NCBI GenBank assembly: GCA_020137815.1
Contig: CM035356.1
Span: forward strand, 3,658,001-3,722,000
Source of the DNA: Hormiphora californensis
Taxonomy: Eukaryota; Animalia; Ctenophora
Direction: 5' to 3'
DNA length: 64,000 bases
Made by a program: the position numbers and the translations under genes. The notes below the pieces were generated by a model. The model worked only from the letters and a program-made list of their open reading frames with translations. It was not told the DNA's origin and did not search any database. Shown piece by piece: positions 39,410-63,200 of the stretch; within the stretch, counting starts at the first letter, position 1; each line of letters starts with the position of its first letter.

Positions 39410-39860
39410 AAGGCGCGGTGACTCACCAGTAGAGGTCCCGGCGCGCACACAAGATCTGAACAGCACGTGCGCGCATTGGATAGCACCGGTTCAGGGAATT
39501 TGCTGCAGCTGCTGACATGTGTCTCCTGTCTGTCGGGCCGACAGACAGCGTCGACTGTCACCCGGCCGAAAGATAGACATAGTAGCATGGCAACAGATCC
39601 CCTGAGCCGGCGCCATCTCTACCGATGAGTCACTGCTAGCAGCTAGGGGGCTGAAGTCTGCAGAGGTGATGATGTTTGTCGGCTCCCGTCAGGCTTTGGC
39701 ATGTTCCTTGCCTGTCAGCTCTCACACCGGGCCTTCGGTGTGAGCGTAAGCGAGCTGTCCGAGGCGCTTAAAGTACCGAACAGACAGACTGCGTAGCATG
39801 GCAAGTCAGGCTAATGCTCTGACCGCGGTTCTTGAAATGGAATGGGTCAGGCCAATACTT
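39410..39860. repeat. GC-rich, hairpin-dense non-coding repeat ending in the dispersed GTCAG-GCCAATGCT-CTGAC motif
   Basis: Hairpins CTGTCTGTCGG/CCGACAGACAG and CTCACACCG/CGGTGTGAG; the motif recurs at ~40530, 42036, 52177 (reverse) and 53531. Confidence 0.6.
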
Positions 39861-40337
39861 ATACTCTTACAGTCAGCTCTGGACCTAGCCTTTTAGACGA
39901 CAAAACAAGTTGGTTTATAATGAACAAACAGCAACATACAAAATAAAATTCGGCAACACATCAATCATTTGCATCTCAAATTCCTCAACAAATAGTTAAA
40001 TATGTACTGGGGTTTCTAGCTCCTGGTTCATCTAGATCGATCCTATCCAGTATCAACTAATATTAGATATTAGTACACTGTTTTTGCGTAACACACACAG
40101 CATGAATAAAGCAACATAAAAAGCACGTCTATCTATATATGGTAGGGTAACGGCAATATTCGTCCTGTTTTCGTAATCGTCTGATGGCCAAATAGGTGGT
40201 CTGATGGTCGCTTAGAGAAACAAAAATGGCTTCATAAGACACTGGTTTGTCCGGTCAAGGCACGTAACTGGGTGGTGGTTTGGTGCAGTGTCATTGCTAC
40301 CTATTCTCGCTTCGATCTCACATAGGTGTCCATGTCA

Positions 40338-40887
40338 CCAAGGTGCAGCGGTACATTTGATCCCTTGGCTTGACATGGTGATTTTCAAACAATGGAGAGG
40401 TCCTCTTTGGTCTTCCATCGCTCTCTGTAGGTATTTATCTGAAACAGAAGGAGATGTTAGTGCTTGTCTAAACACTTCCCCCCTTGCTACTATGTTGAGT
40501 AAGGGCTGTCAGGCCTTGTTGAGTAACAAGTCAGGCCAATGCTCTGCCAGTCTGCCAGTTGAGTAAGAGGTTACAACAACTCGCGCTAGGCTCCTGTCTG
40601 CTGCGGTACCGACCCGATCTGAGTTTAATCAAATCGAGGTCTGGTGCCGCCAGATAGGGAAGCTCAGGTATAACATGGTACTATATTCAGTATTCACGGA
40701 GTAGTACCTTGATAAATGCTAAGTTTAGGTGTAATTTTCTTGGGGCTGCTCCACGCCTCTTTCAGTTTTGGTAGTTTTCTCAGTTTATGAGCTTTCCGAA
40801 GGTGCTCCTGGTCGAACCCCACTACGACTGGTGCGAATGCTGGCTGCATTAGAACAGGGTTACATGCTGGACAGCTTGGGTCAAACC
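40338..40887 (-). other. Possible exons of a small unidentified gene or pseudogene (~40887-40708 and ~40438-40338)
   Basis: AG/GT-bounded open frame FDPSCPACNPVLMQPAF...LSIYQ and a phase-compatible next exon; no recognisable family. Confidence 0.25.
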
Positions 40888-41303
40888 TGGTGGGAAGGAG
40901 ATCTGGAGTTAGACCACATGACTGAGCGGGGAGAACTTAGGGGGAGGTTGTTTCAAGTATCAAGGGGGATGGGAAATACTGCAAATCTTCACGAAAAGAA
41001 CACGAGGAGTGTGAAGTTGGATCTTCTGCAATTCCCACCCAAATTCCCTCTACAACAAAGTACGCTGTTTCGGGGTTTATACAGTAGTTGGAGAGGAAGA
41101 AGGGAGTACATATTAAAGAATGTAGTTATCAAGTAAGGAAGCAAATGGGGAAATAAAATAACAGCAATTACTGTTTAACCACCCATTCCCATGATAGTCA
41201 CTCTATTTTATAACATAACCACCTTGTAGTTTTCTAGCGGAGATCATTCTCAGTGAGAATCTCACAGTTCTCCTCAATCAAGAGATTATTCTAACCATTT
41301 CAA

Positions 41304-41393
<90 letters not shown>

Positions 41394-41445
41394 TCCGTGT
41401 CAGTGATCAGATAACTGATAACATGGTTAAATAGCTACAATATAA

Positions 41446-43777
41446 TTACTGCGTGTGAAGCTGGTGAAGATCGATGGGGAGATTGACATCACTAAGAAAG
41501 TTTCGAGGGCTTCCTTCCTCCTGAAAAAAAGAGGTTCATTACTTATCTGATATCGCACCTCAAAACAGCGCCGCGATACCAGTAGTTTTTACGGTAATTA
41601 GTTAATTGAACTACTAATAACTAAAGTTTGGCAGCGTACAGGGGATTGCACGACGTGCCCAAAACTAAAGTACTAAATAATTGAACTACTGATACAATGA
41701 ATAGTGTTTATTATGGACTTCTGACGACTCGTAGATAGAAACTATGCGACTCAAAATCAGCCGATTGGTCAACTTATTGATTCAATTAATCTACTAATTA
41801 ATTAGTTAATTACCTGACTCCGGTCAGAAGATGATGAGGGTGAAGAGGAGGGTGATGGGTGACTGCAGCAGTTGTGTTCATTAATCACCACGGACACGTT
41901 GTAGGATGTCCTACCAGAGCCACTGGACACACTTACCCGCTGTCCAACCATATTCCTGTGAGGGGGGGGGGAGTAATAACTAACAAGCTACTAATTACTA
42001 TGCGAAATCTATACATGATTATAGCTGACTTGATCTGTCAGGCCAATGCTCTGACAGGAATTGATTGAACTCCAATCACCCTCATATTCTCATAATATCA
42101 TATCACCCAACTTACAAGAACTGGCCAAGGCGAGCAAATCTGAGTTGCAGTATGAGCCAATATGAAGCCTTCAACTCTGTGGAAAAGCTTAGCAACCACG
42201 GGAACAACACTGAAACATTCAACTGTTTTTATTCTGAAAAACTGCTAATTTTCTATATCGGGGGAAATTCTTCAGTTCGGAAAATCGGGGTCCCGGTAAA
42301 TCAGGGTCTAACTTACTCAACAATACAAGGTCTAACTGTATTATTAAATTGATCTTCAGTAAAAATTGCATCTCCCAGGTCTTACCGAGAAAAAGGAACT
42401 TGATGTATCGTATGATAAAGGGGGTGATGGGCGAAACCAGGTTCATAAATCTGAAATAAGGAATCAGTAATATCTGAAATAAGGAATCAGTAATATATAT
42501 TACATTTAGTTTATGTTTTACGAGCCTGAAAAGTTAGGATTCTACTAATCAACTTACGCAGAATCACTAGGCATTAGTCCGAGATTAGCGAAATGTGATA
42601 GAATATCAAGAAGATCACTGGGCAGGTAAGTTATGTAGAGTGCTAACCAGAGCCCGTACATTGATTGGGGCGAGAGAAGAGTTGTCTTGCTTGTACTCTG
42701 AACTCTGAAATATGGGGTGATATTAATTTAACATCATGATCATGAATTGCTCCTATTTTATAACTAAAGCAGTGTCCCTTTGTTGAGTAAGTGCCAATTA
42801 GTGGTTACTCAACAAGTTTCCCTTGAGAGAAACGGAAGTAACTTAGAGAACCAGATAACCAACTATAACTACCCTCCCCAACTACCTCAGAGAGAGAAGC
42901 GTTCGAGCTCCTTGTGTGGGTCCCACTACTACTAGTAGGACCTATTCCATTTCCTCCTCTCTCTCTCACCCTACTTTGGGGAACTAGGTAACCAACTATT
43001 GCTACCTCAGACTATGAGCCAGAGAGAAACATGCAGAACTCCACGTGCGGGAGAGGGAACCACCCCGCACCCACAACCCCCACATTGTGTTTATTTGACC
43101 ACCCCGCACCACCACTCCAAATAATTCATTATTTAACCACCCCGGCCACCAACTCAACGCAATGAATTGACAACTCATTATATAACCACCCCCGCCCCAC
43201 TCATTATGTCCCCACCCACCTGGGGGCATCAAGTTGTCTGCGCCATCTCGTTGTGAGGTTAACATTGATACAGATAATGGGGAGAAGGGTACACAGAAGA
43301 AAGTAGAAACACGTCAACACCAAATCAGCCACAGACCTGCAGGGAAGGAGTTGTTAACCATGATATGAATTGATTGCCTAGTGCTCGACCCTGTTTGCCA
43401 AGCCTTTAAATAAATTGAGTTGTTAACCTACAAGACCGTCGTATGTGATTTTAACAAATTATGCAGTGGTTGCCCAAGATTATTAAAACCAGGACAGCTT
43501 GTGATTTTGCTAGTCTGATCCTTGTATGAGGATTCTTTACTAGATAATCTCTAACCCCCACCCTTTAACTACGTTATCTCTTATAGCTTAAGCTAGCATT
43601 TTATCAAGGTGGATTTTGCGGAGTTATTTAACTCAACCTGCCACAAAAACACAACTCTCATATACGTGCAAACCATCATTGCAAGCCAGAGAGCGGCTCT
43701 TAGTTTGGTGGTTAAGCTGCTGCACTGACGAACGTCGCGCCCTCTCTGTTTTATGGAGAGCGAGAGAGAGAAATAGA

Positions 43778-43867
<90 letters not shown>

Positions 43868-45667
43868 GAGAGAGAAACGGGAAGTATATGGAATACGTCC
43901 GACTCGTTCCTATAAAATGACTATCTAACTAAGAAGTAGTTGACTTGTTCAGACTGTCTCGTATCCAGTAAGAAATGTCCTCCACTCAATTTGAAACTCA
44001 GAAAGAACTGCAGAGTTATCCCCCCCCCCCCCAAAGAGGGTTATAACATAACAAGTTACCCGTTGGATGCGGCAATTCGTGAGAAGGATGTCACAAAGGG
44101 GATGAAGATGGAGACGACCATTTCGCAGAGTAGAAACCGGTAGCTCACCTTCCCAACATTGTAGTTAACTGAAATACAGCATATCATCCAGGCTACCATT
44201 CCTTGTAACTGATAAGGAGGGGAGGTGTTAACATGGTGTTAAACTGTTAACGTGGTGTCAACATTGAACATGGTATCAACATGAACATGGTGTTAACATG
44301 AACATGGTGTTAACATGAACATGGTGTTAACATGGTGTTATTACATACTAAAATTCGATAAACTGCTGGAACCCGAGTAGGAATAATTTACATTGCTGAC
44401 TACTACGTACCATCAATGTTAGTGCTGAGAAAACTTCATAAGCGCACCTCTCCAGTCCTGATTTATTTTCCTCTCCTGCGGCAGGAGCAGTCCCATTCTC
44501 ACTAACATCTGATAACAAACAGGGATATTAATCAATTAAACAGCTGAATTCCTAATATACTTTGAAATTGTTTGTTTGTACCCGACTCTTCTTGACTTTC
44601 ACTCAGTTTAATTCCGAGAGAATTATAAAATCAGGTACAAACTAGTGGTTGTATAATATATAGTGGTCTAGTGGCTAGACAACTCTCTCTCTCTCTAGGT
44701 TCCCGTCAAGTGTCAGGATTATCATGGTCTCTATTTTGAAGTACGCGATATGTCAGGGCAAATAGTGCACTAACCCGTCGAGAGCTGTCTGGCGGTGCCA
44801 GACCCCGTTTTGATTCTCAATGCGCTCAGATAGGGTTGGCACCGCGAGCGGCGAGACAGTCTGAGGGAAGGCGAGCTCGAAGCACTACAGTCTCTCAGAC
44901 GGGTTAGATTGTTAGGACAAGCTGCAGGTGTTGCGTCGGACGATAACAATAATATATGGAACTGAATTTGTCTTCGATTCTCTTAGACTATTTGGAAAGA
45001 ATGGAAGGGATGTCGGGAGCGACCTAGTTCAAACAGATATTGTATCTAATATCATGGTTACCAGTGTTCAATTGGTCTTCAAGCTTGTTGAGTTTCTCAA
45101 CAACTTGAAACAACCGGGGTAGATTCGGATGAGTTCTCTACGCAAAACGTACTGTCCTTCTACAAAAAAAACCCGTCTACTCATTTTGTACAGCCTACCA
45201 AGCCAAACCAAACTTCCTCACTTACTGTAAAGTTCCATGGAGGTAAAGTATAACTCCACTACTGCAGCGGGGAATGCTAGGACGGAGAGAAGCATGCACT
45301 GCCATATAAGGGACATCAGGAAGGAATGATCTGAGAGAGGAGGGGGATAATGGGTTAGGTAGGAGCTGGGGAAGGGTGTTCATGAGCTGGGGAAGGGTGT
45401 TCATGAGCTGGGGAAGGGGGTTCATGAGCTGGAGGTAAGGAAGGAGGGTATCGTTGTGGGAAGTTACAACCAGTCATGTCATCATTTAAAAAACAGAGGC
45501 ACGCCTAATATAATACCAAGGCCTACGCCAAATTATAGTTACTCACATGTTCTGTTAAGTTTTGCAATACGTCTCCCGTAGTACCAGAGGGTCGTATTGG
45601 TGAGGATACAAAAGGCAGCCAGACCAAGACCCGCAAAGATCAGGGATTTCATTGATAGCCATTCCAT
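41446..45667 (-). CDS. Orphan 7TM receptor (divergent rhodopsin-like GPCR), 10 exons, 370 aa (45667-45547, 45330-45226, 44508-44411, 44208-44060, 43336-43220, 42704-42558, 42450-42386, 42209-42116, 41955-41814, 41520-41446)
   Basis: All nine introns are GT-AG and phase-consistent, giving 1113 nt with no internal stop. Seven hydrophobic segments: TM1 Asn (ILTN), Cys at the top of TM3, TM5 LLPIIC, TM6 ITYLP, TM7 LFPWLL, then a Ser-rich tail. Confidence 0.8.
44771..44906. mobile_element. Short TIR element; best-preserved member of a dispersed family (related cores at ~5480, 31990, 40610, 51290, 53402)
   Basis: Termini TAACCCGTCGAGAG / CTCTCAGACGGGTTA; shared core TCTGGCGG..CCAGA..GCTCAGAT; no TSD seen. 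Confidence 0.55.
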
Positions 45668-47211
45668 GAACCTGGATACGAGGAATTGATTTGATAAGAT
45701 AAGAGCAGGTGCCATGGGCGTGAACCTTATGTACCGGTACGTCGGCCAACCAACATCATTGAGTGGCCGTGCGAAGGATCGAACAGGGGTAGAAATGCTA
45801 TGTGAGGGCCCAGGGGAACAGGCTTGACAAAATGAAGATACATTGTGGTACCTCGATTTACGGGAAGATCTCACGAGATTCCCGTAAATCGAGCTGTACC
45901 ATATATCGACCAGTCATCGATAATATCTTGATCCATCTCATGTTTCTCTTCCGTATCCCCCTTTCTGGGCAAGTACACACTCTACATCACAAACAGTCTC
46001 CATCTACTACTTAGAGCTGTACTTGAGTCTAGTTTTTTACATTCCTTGTACTGTGTATTGTATCGTAGTTTGTTGTTTTGAAAATGAAAACAATTAATTG
46101 CATACTAAGTTAAAATTGAATCAAAGTGCTTAAGACTGGTACAATGCAACGTTTCATTGAGGGACTGAGGGTCAAATAATATGAGCGTCTTTATATGAGA
46201 TAACTTAGCTTTATGATATAAGGTTTGTGAACAGTTCCACAACGTTTCAGCTCATTGATTAAACTAGTCATGTACAGGCGAGAGCAGGGAAAATGATATT
46301 AATATGTGCGTGCTCTAGATGGGAGAAGAACCGGCTGATGGTTATTGATCTGGGCCATATTGAATATATTGGTAGTTCTATGTTACCAATTTCAGTAAGA
46401 AAAAGAGCTCTTCCTATAACTCTCTCTCCTCCTCTTATATCTGAATATATTCCATATAGGACAGATGATGTTAGCTATATTCATCCTAGTAACATTAGCG
46501 GTGGTACCAAGCAGGGCTAGTGACGATGAAGGGTGTGCCGTACCAAAGAAAATTGCAAACTAGTGAGTATAAATCAAGTGGTTACTAGTGGTGACTAGTG
46601 GTTACTAGTGGTTACTAGTGAGTATAAATCAAGTGGTTACTAGTGGTTACCAGTGGTTACTAGTGGTTACCAGTGTTTACTAGTATGGTTACTAGTGACT
46701 ATATTATAGTAGTACGGTAGTATGACGTCCAACTTCTACAACCGCCGATTTTGAGACAAACTCAGGGGATGTTACTACCACTATGTAGAGACCCAATAGA
46801 GTACCCTACTAGTGGAATTAGCTTTATTATGCCGATTTGAAAACGTCATATGACCGTACTTAATAATACTAATAGTTACTAGAAGTAGACATATGACGTC
46901 ATTTCACTAGAAAACTCTTTGTCTAATAATTGAACTCATGATATCATTTCAGTTACTCAAAGCTGAACATTGATATCGAGGTACAGAAAGTTGACGGCAA
47001 AAAGGTAATTAAAGTTGGGAATACAAGCAAGTATTATTTTACAGCAACTCGATAATACATATTTAGAGCTTTACTTCAGGGTATAAGATTGGCAGCACGA
47101 TGCTAAATTGAAATATGACTAGCCACTGACTACGAGTTTACTTGGATACATAATGCATAACTTGCATACCCCAAATTGTAACACTTACAAACCAAGTAAA
47201 AGCTAATTTAA

Positions 47212-48607
47212 GGGTACGCTAACCAAAATTTTTTTTCGAGTGCAGGGAAATCTCTCACCGTAGGGTTGTAGGCCATGCCAAGGAGACCTCAAATATGCAA
47301 TTTGAGCTCTCAAGTCGAATTCATATTTTTGCTACAGCTGCTTGAAAAATGAACTGAAAATAAGTTTTTGGCATCTCAAAAAAAATTTTTAAAAGATAGG
47401 AGCATGAAAATTTGGGGATTTGAAGAGGACATGAAGGTGAATAACCACAAAAATTTTTTTTGCAATCCGAGCTGATTTCCGGTCCTGAGATTGATTTCTT
47501 TTTTTCCACTTTAACGCCCTATTTGGCAAAGTTCCGAAAACATGTGAAAGCTGTAAATTGGTGAAAAGTTGCGTCTAACGATTATCTAAGTGGCCATAAA
47601 TTTTGGGCGTGTCCTTATTTGAGATAAGCTGTACAGAGTTTTTTTGTGAAAGCCGTCATTTCAGAAATAAATATATTCCCTGTATCTCAAAAACGGCTGA
47701 TCGTAGAGACCTGAGACTATGCTTAAACGATTCAGAAGGTCCGATTTTGGGGGGGTCTTCTGAGAGACATTTTGCTCCTACTTCAACCGCTTTTGCTGTA
47801 ATTGCGAAAAACAAAAATCCATCTTCGCCATCGTGGATTTTTTGTGATTTTGTTTTTGGTGATTATATTATAGGGACCCATATGGACCAAATAGTGAAGG
47901 AATTAGCTTGTTACACACTTTTCCATAGCTTCGGTCCTTTCTTAGCTAAAATTCCCTAATTACAGGATATTGGAGTTTAGCTTTTGCCCTTTTCATAGAA
48001 TTTGTTTTTCGCAATTACAGCAAAAACGGTTGAAGTAGGAGCAAAATGTCTCTCAGAAGACCCCCCCAAAATCGGACCTTCTGAATCGTTTAAGCATAGT
48101 CTCAGGTCTCTACGATCAGCCATTTTTGAGATACAGAGAATTTATTTATTTCTGAAATGACGGCTTTCACAAAAAAAAAACTCTGTACAGCTTATCTCAA
48201 ATAAGGACACGCCCAAAATTTATGGCCACTTAGATAATCGTTAGACGCAACTTTTCACCAATTTACAGCTTTCACATGTTTTCGGAACTTTGCCAAATAG
48301 GGCGTTAAAGTGGAAAAAAAGAAATCCATCTCAGGACCGGAAATCAGCTCGGATTGCAAAAAAAATTTTTGTGGTTATTCACCTTCATGTCCTCTTCAAA
48401 TCCCCAAATTTTCATGCTCCTATCTTTTAAAAATTTTTTTTGAGATGCCAAAAACATATTTACAGTTCATTTTTCAAGCAGCTGTAGCAAAAATATGAAT
48501 TCGACTTGAGAGCTCAAATTGCATATTTGAGGTCTCCTTGGCATGGCCTACAACCCTACGGTGAGAGATTTCCCTGCACTCGAAAAAAATTTTTGGTTAG
48601 CGTACCC
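47212..48607. mobile_element. 1.4-kb foldback element, Kolobok-like (TTAA TSD, GG...CC termini)
   Basis: TTAA at 47208-47211 and 48608-48611; ~600-bp near-identical inverted arms starting GGGTACGCTAACCAAAA; explains the mirrored ORFs 47321-47509 and 48310-48498. Confidence 0.9.
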
Positions 48608-49464
48608 TTAAGCACTATGGCCATTGTCGGTATGGCATCTATCTAACGTACGCAGTATGCTGTATTACTGCTAGACGTTTTCATCTATTGTCTACTATCT
48701 AGTGGTATAGGGCGTTAAAAATCCACTTAGATTCTGTACGCCACTATTTAGAGGCTACCATATTGACCATTATCATTGTTGGGAAAGTATGTGCCTTCCA
48801 CTTTCCAGCATACGCTTTACTAAAGACTTCCTCCCAGAAATGCCAGAAAAAATGAAATATATAAACCATATAACTATAAAATAGTACGCGGTTCTCTAAA
48901 ATTAATGGGTTCCTTTTCCATTTTCCATGGAATTCCATCCATATTTGGCCGACTGGTTGTCAGCAACTACACATGCACTAAAAAGAAGTTGAAGTTCAAC
49001 TACTGTCTTAAAAAAAAGAATTTTAACCTGACCACGGATTTTAGCAACTAAATGATCTAAATCGCAAGAGACTGCTAAAACCACCATGTGTTACTCTTAC
49101 AACGCACAATGATGTATTGGAACTAGTCCAGATATTTTATTTTACCATTCAATAAACGGTATTAAAATACCAATGACCAAAATGCAACTGAACTCCGCCC
49201 CTTGGGTACGTCGCGCCCCTCTGTTCGCGCGCCCGTAGGGCGATCCCCTCACCCCTCCGCCTCATGCATATTTCAAACAAAACACACTCAAACGCCCTAA
49301 AGCCTCAACAAAACCAAAATAATTGTGCCACCTTGATCTTGACAGCTAAACGATTCTTGTTATGTTCTAACTCTCCTCCGTGTGGGGTGTGGTGAGAGTC
49401 GAACAAGGCTAGACGAACCCATTGTTATATTACCCCTCTTTAAATCACGATATAACCCTGTCAG

Positions 49465-53404
<3,940 letters not shown>

Positions 53405-54576
53405 CCTGGCCCCATCTGAGCGCACTGTCGATTGCCGCCAGAATTGTTGAGTAACAACGCCAGACAGTGTAGTATAGCCGGCCAATGCAAATGCTCCGAC
53501 CCCTCTGACCACAGTTCTCGCACGCTCAGGGTCAGGCCAATGCTCTGACAGGCCCAACTCAACAGAGGAGCATTCTACATCACTAAAAGCTTGTTTTGTT
53601 CAAACCCTGCACGAAATGAGGGTCGAGCAGGGCAACTGAAAGTTGTGATATATTTTGTGAGCTGTGAAGGGACAATCTTGTATTTCTAACAGGATTATTT
53701 ATTTTAAATTCTTAACTAACTTATTGATTACCCGTTAAATATTTTAATAAACGCTTAACAGGAGTTTGAATGTGAAGTTACCCGATTAATTTGTTGACAA
53801 AAACAATTAATAATTTATAACCCCCTCCCCCTGCAGTATATAACACATCACACTAACCTTGTTCCAATGTAGTAGTAGTAGAACCATGAGAATTGACCCC
53901 AAGCCGAGCAAGTCCTGTGAGCATGGATTCATCTTCATCTTCTGGCAGGGCCTTGGAGTTCTTGGGGGTCTGATCATGTTCCTATGGGTGGATGATGATA
54001 TTGATGATTGGTAAACATACATGTACAATACTTTGTTTGTTTGTTTGTTTGTTTGTTTGTTTGTTTGTTTGTTTGTTTGTTTGTTTGTTTGTTTGTTTGT
54101 TTGTTTGTTCAAATTTCCCAATATTTTAGGTACTCGAAGCTCAAGACCTCAAACTGGTTTCCTGCCGTTGACTTCTTCCTCCCTGCCCACATTATTGCAG
54201 CATCTTTCTCAGGTCATTGTTTTGTCTGACGACACCCCGTTTTGAGTAGTTGAGAAAGTTTTGTCTTTTGAGTGAGTTGTTGAGTAAGTTTTTATTTTTT
54301 AGAAATGTGTGATATCAAAATCACGCCTTGCTGAGTTTCTCTTCTTTCAAATAATCGATATCAATACATCAATCCAAGCCAGCATCAAATCGAACATTTG
54401 AACGACTATCTGACTACCTAATTCTCAAAACGAGAAAGTGAATTTTGGCCCTATTAAAAACGCAAGCTCGATAATTTACAAAGTTGTAGTTGTCAGGGGT
54501 GGTTAGAGCAGCTGTCCAATAAGGAGCCTAAGATAAAGTTATCAAGCTAACACTGGTGACTCCCTCTCTTTCTCTC

Positions 54577-54678
<102 letters not shown>

Positions 54679-55012
54679 CCATCTCTCTGCAGGTGCAGCA
54701 GCGTACGGCGTGTGGAGGTATGGGGGATTTAACCGCCAGATAGTAAGGTTAACGATGCACCTCCTGGCGACTGTCCTAGCGATATGTTGGATCCCTATCA
54801 TGTTCAAAGCACGTGATCTCCTTGTGGTGAGTCTAATCATACTACTTACTAAGCAAATTGTGTGACACATGTCACCTAGCAACTACACTAAGTACAAGTC
54901 TTGCACGTGCAATTATTAGAGGGATCTGGAGATCTCTCTCCCGGTTTCAGTTGGGTACCAAGGGGAAATTCAATTCTGCACGTGCATTCTTTTGCTTCTG
55001 TCCTGAATCCTG

Positions 55013-55640
55013 ATGTCTAGCTCTTCCACCCCAGGCGCTATTCGGCAACGTTTATCTAGGTCCAGGAGAACTGCTGCTGTCAGAGACTATAACAGATTAC
55101 GCCAACGTGTTCAAGCGAGCCAATCAACGACTACGGATAGCTTTACCCAAAGTCGCCCAAGGGTGATTACTCCAGTCGAATATAGAAATCTCCAAATCGG
55201 CTACATAGCGGCCAAGTTTTCACGTGATGAGTTTCTGGAACAGCACTGCACCTCCATGACATTGATCTCTTAAATTCGCACCTCGACATTGTCAGGAAGC
55301 CCAGAGCGTACACCAACATGAGTAGGGAGAAAGTGAGAGATAGGCTAGGAACGGATGATGCAGGTGATGTCAGCGTTCCCTAATCCAGTTATCATTTCCC
55401 CGAAATTTGCCCGTAGGGCGAACGGGCCTACTAGTACTTTCCTACTGTAGATGTACTGTGTTCTATTTTACTGTCACTGGCAGCGTCAGCTTCACTCAAC
55501 GAGGCGATATGGTGTCAGGGACCATTTCTCCGAGAAGTTCTCGTGCTCACTATGTGCTCAGAAGAGCAGAGCGAGGAGAGTGGCCAGGTACTCATCAGAT
55601 CTCAATTTTCAGAGTTTTGTGGTGGCCTTCCTAATCTTTG
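55013..55640 (+). pseudogene. Decayed coding relic, possibly a Helitron RepHel N-terminus
   Basis: Arg-rich start, then HCQEA..E / G*C / GDVSVP and KFARRANG..FTVTGSV across frameshifts and stops; a loose resemblance only. Confidence 0.35.
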
Positions 55641-56093
55641 CCACGGGAGTGGTTCGTTCAGCCCTATTTTTCAAGCTAAACACCGCTCTGGGTGGTCTAT
55701 GCCTCGTCAGTGATATTTGGTATGGATTCCTTGCAGCTGTAGCACTCCAAATATGGAATTTGAACGTAGAATAACATTTCGTATTAATGAAAGAGATCAG
55801 AGTGGGATACTATTGGTCAGTCACCACTGACAGGACTTTATTTAAATTGTACTGATGGGTCAGCGACTTAGCTTGTAGAAATTTTATTTGTAATTTTGAG
55901 TTAATGTTTTTCTGTGTAATTGTATGATGTACAGTTATTGTATGTAATTGTTGTTGTCGATAAAAGGTTGTTGAGTTACTCAACAAATAAAAGGGTGATT
56001 TTTGATAAAACAAACTGCAGAACCATACACTTCATCAATGGTTAGATAAATCACACAACTAAACAATTCCACTCTCTCTCTCACACTCTCTCC

Positions 56094-56209
<116 letters not shown>

Positions 56210-56297
56210 TTCTCCCAAGTTCCTTTCTCTTCAAAAAACATGAGCTCACCATATGCTCTTCTCTTTCTCACACAATCTCACTCCAATATATCCAATA

Positions 56298-56470
56298 CAG
56301 TCGGACCCCGATTTAGGGACACCCTCGGGGGAAAGGCTCTTGTCCACTAAATCGGGGTGTCCACTAAATCGGGGTCAAATAAGGTTAATTTCCTATATCG
56401 GGGGAAAAAAAATCATGTCCCTAAATCGGGGTGCCACTAAATCGGGGGCCCCTAAATCGGGGTCCGACTG
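56298..56470. mobile_element. Tc1/mariner-pogo-type MITE (related pieces at ~42250-42312 and 45849-45898)
   Basis: TA TSD; TIR CAGTCGGACCCCGATTTAGGG; internal CTAAATCGGGG repeats. Confidence 0.85.
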
Positions 56471-56789
56471 TATAACCAAAGTGAGTTCTGTCCTCATATA
56501 AGTAGAGGAAATAGAGCCACTTTAAATCAGTAAGTGGCTATTGCCCTTTGGTAGATATAACCCGTGCTGGGCATCCACATGGGCCTTATAATATCAGTCC
56601 CAAACAAACAAACAAACAACCCAAAATGTCATGTGTGTGCAGGGGGATCCCGTTTCAGCTCTCAGAAAATAGATAACACAGCTTCAACAACATGCAGATA
56701 TGTGGCCTCTCTCTCCAGGACAAATTCCAAAATATAGCACCAACTGAAGTTTCCTTTAAAAGTTCCGGAGTTGTTTTCTTCCTAATAAA

Positions 56790-63200
<6,411 letters not shown>

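Noticed and set aside
43668-43746. Extra GPCR exon with a Cys (GRDVRQC)
   Set aside because: The first acceptor is out of phase, and the flanking exons join in frame without it.
47321-48498. Duplicated 62-aa ORFs on opposite strands
   Set aside because: Mirror translations of the foldback arms with no protein features.
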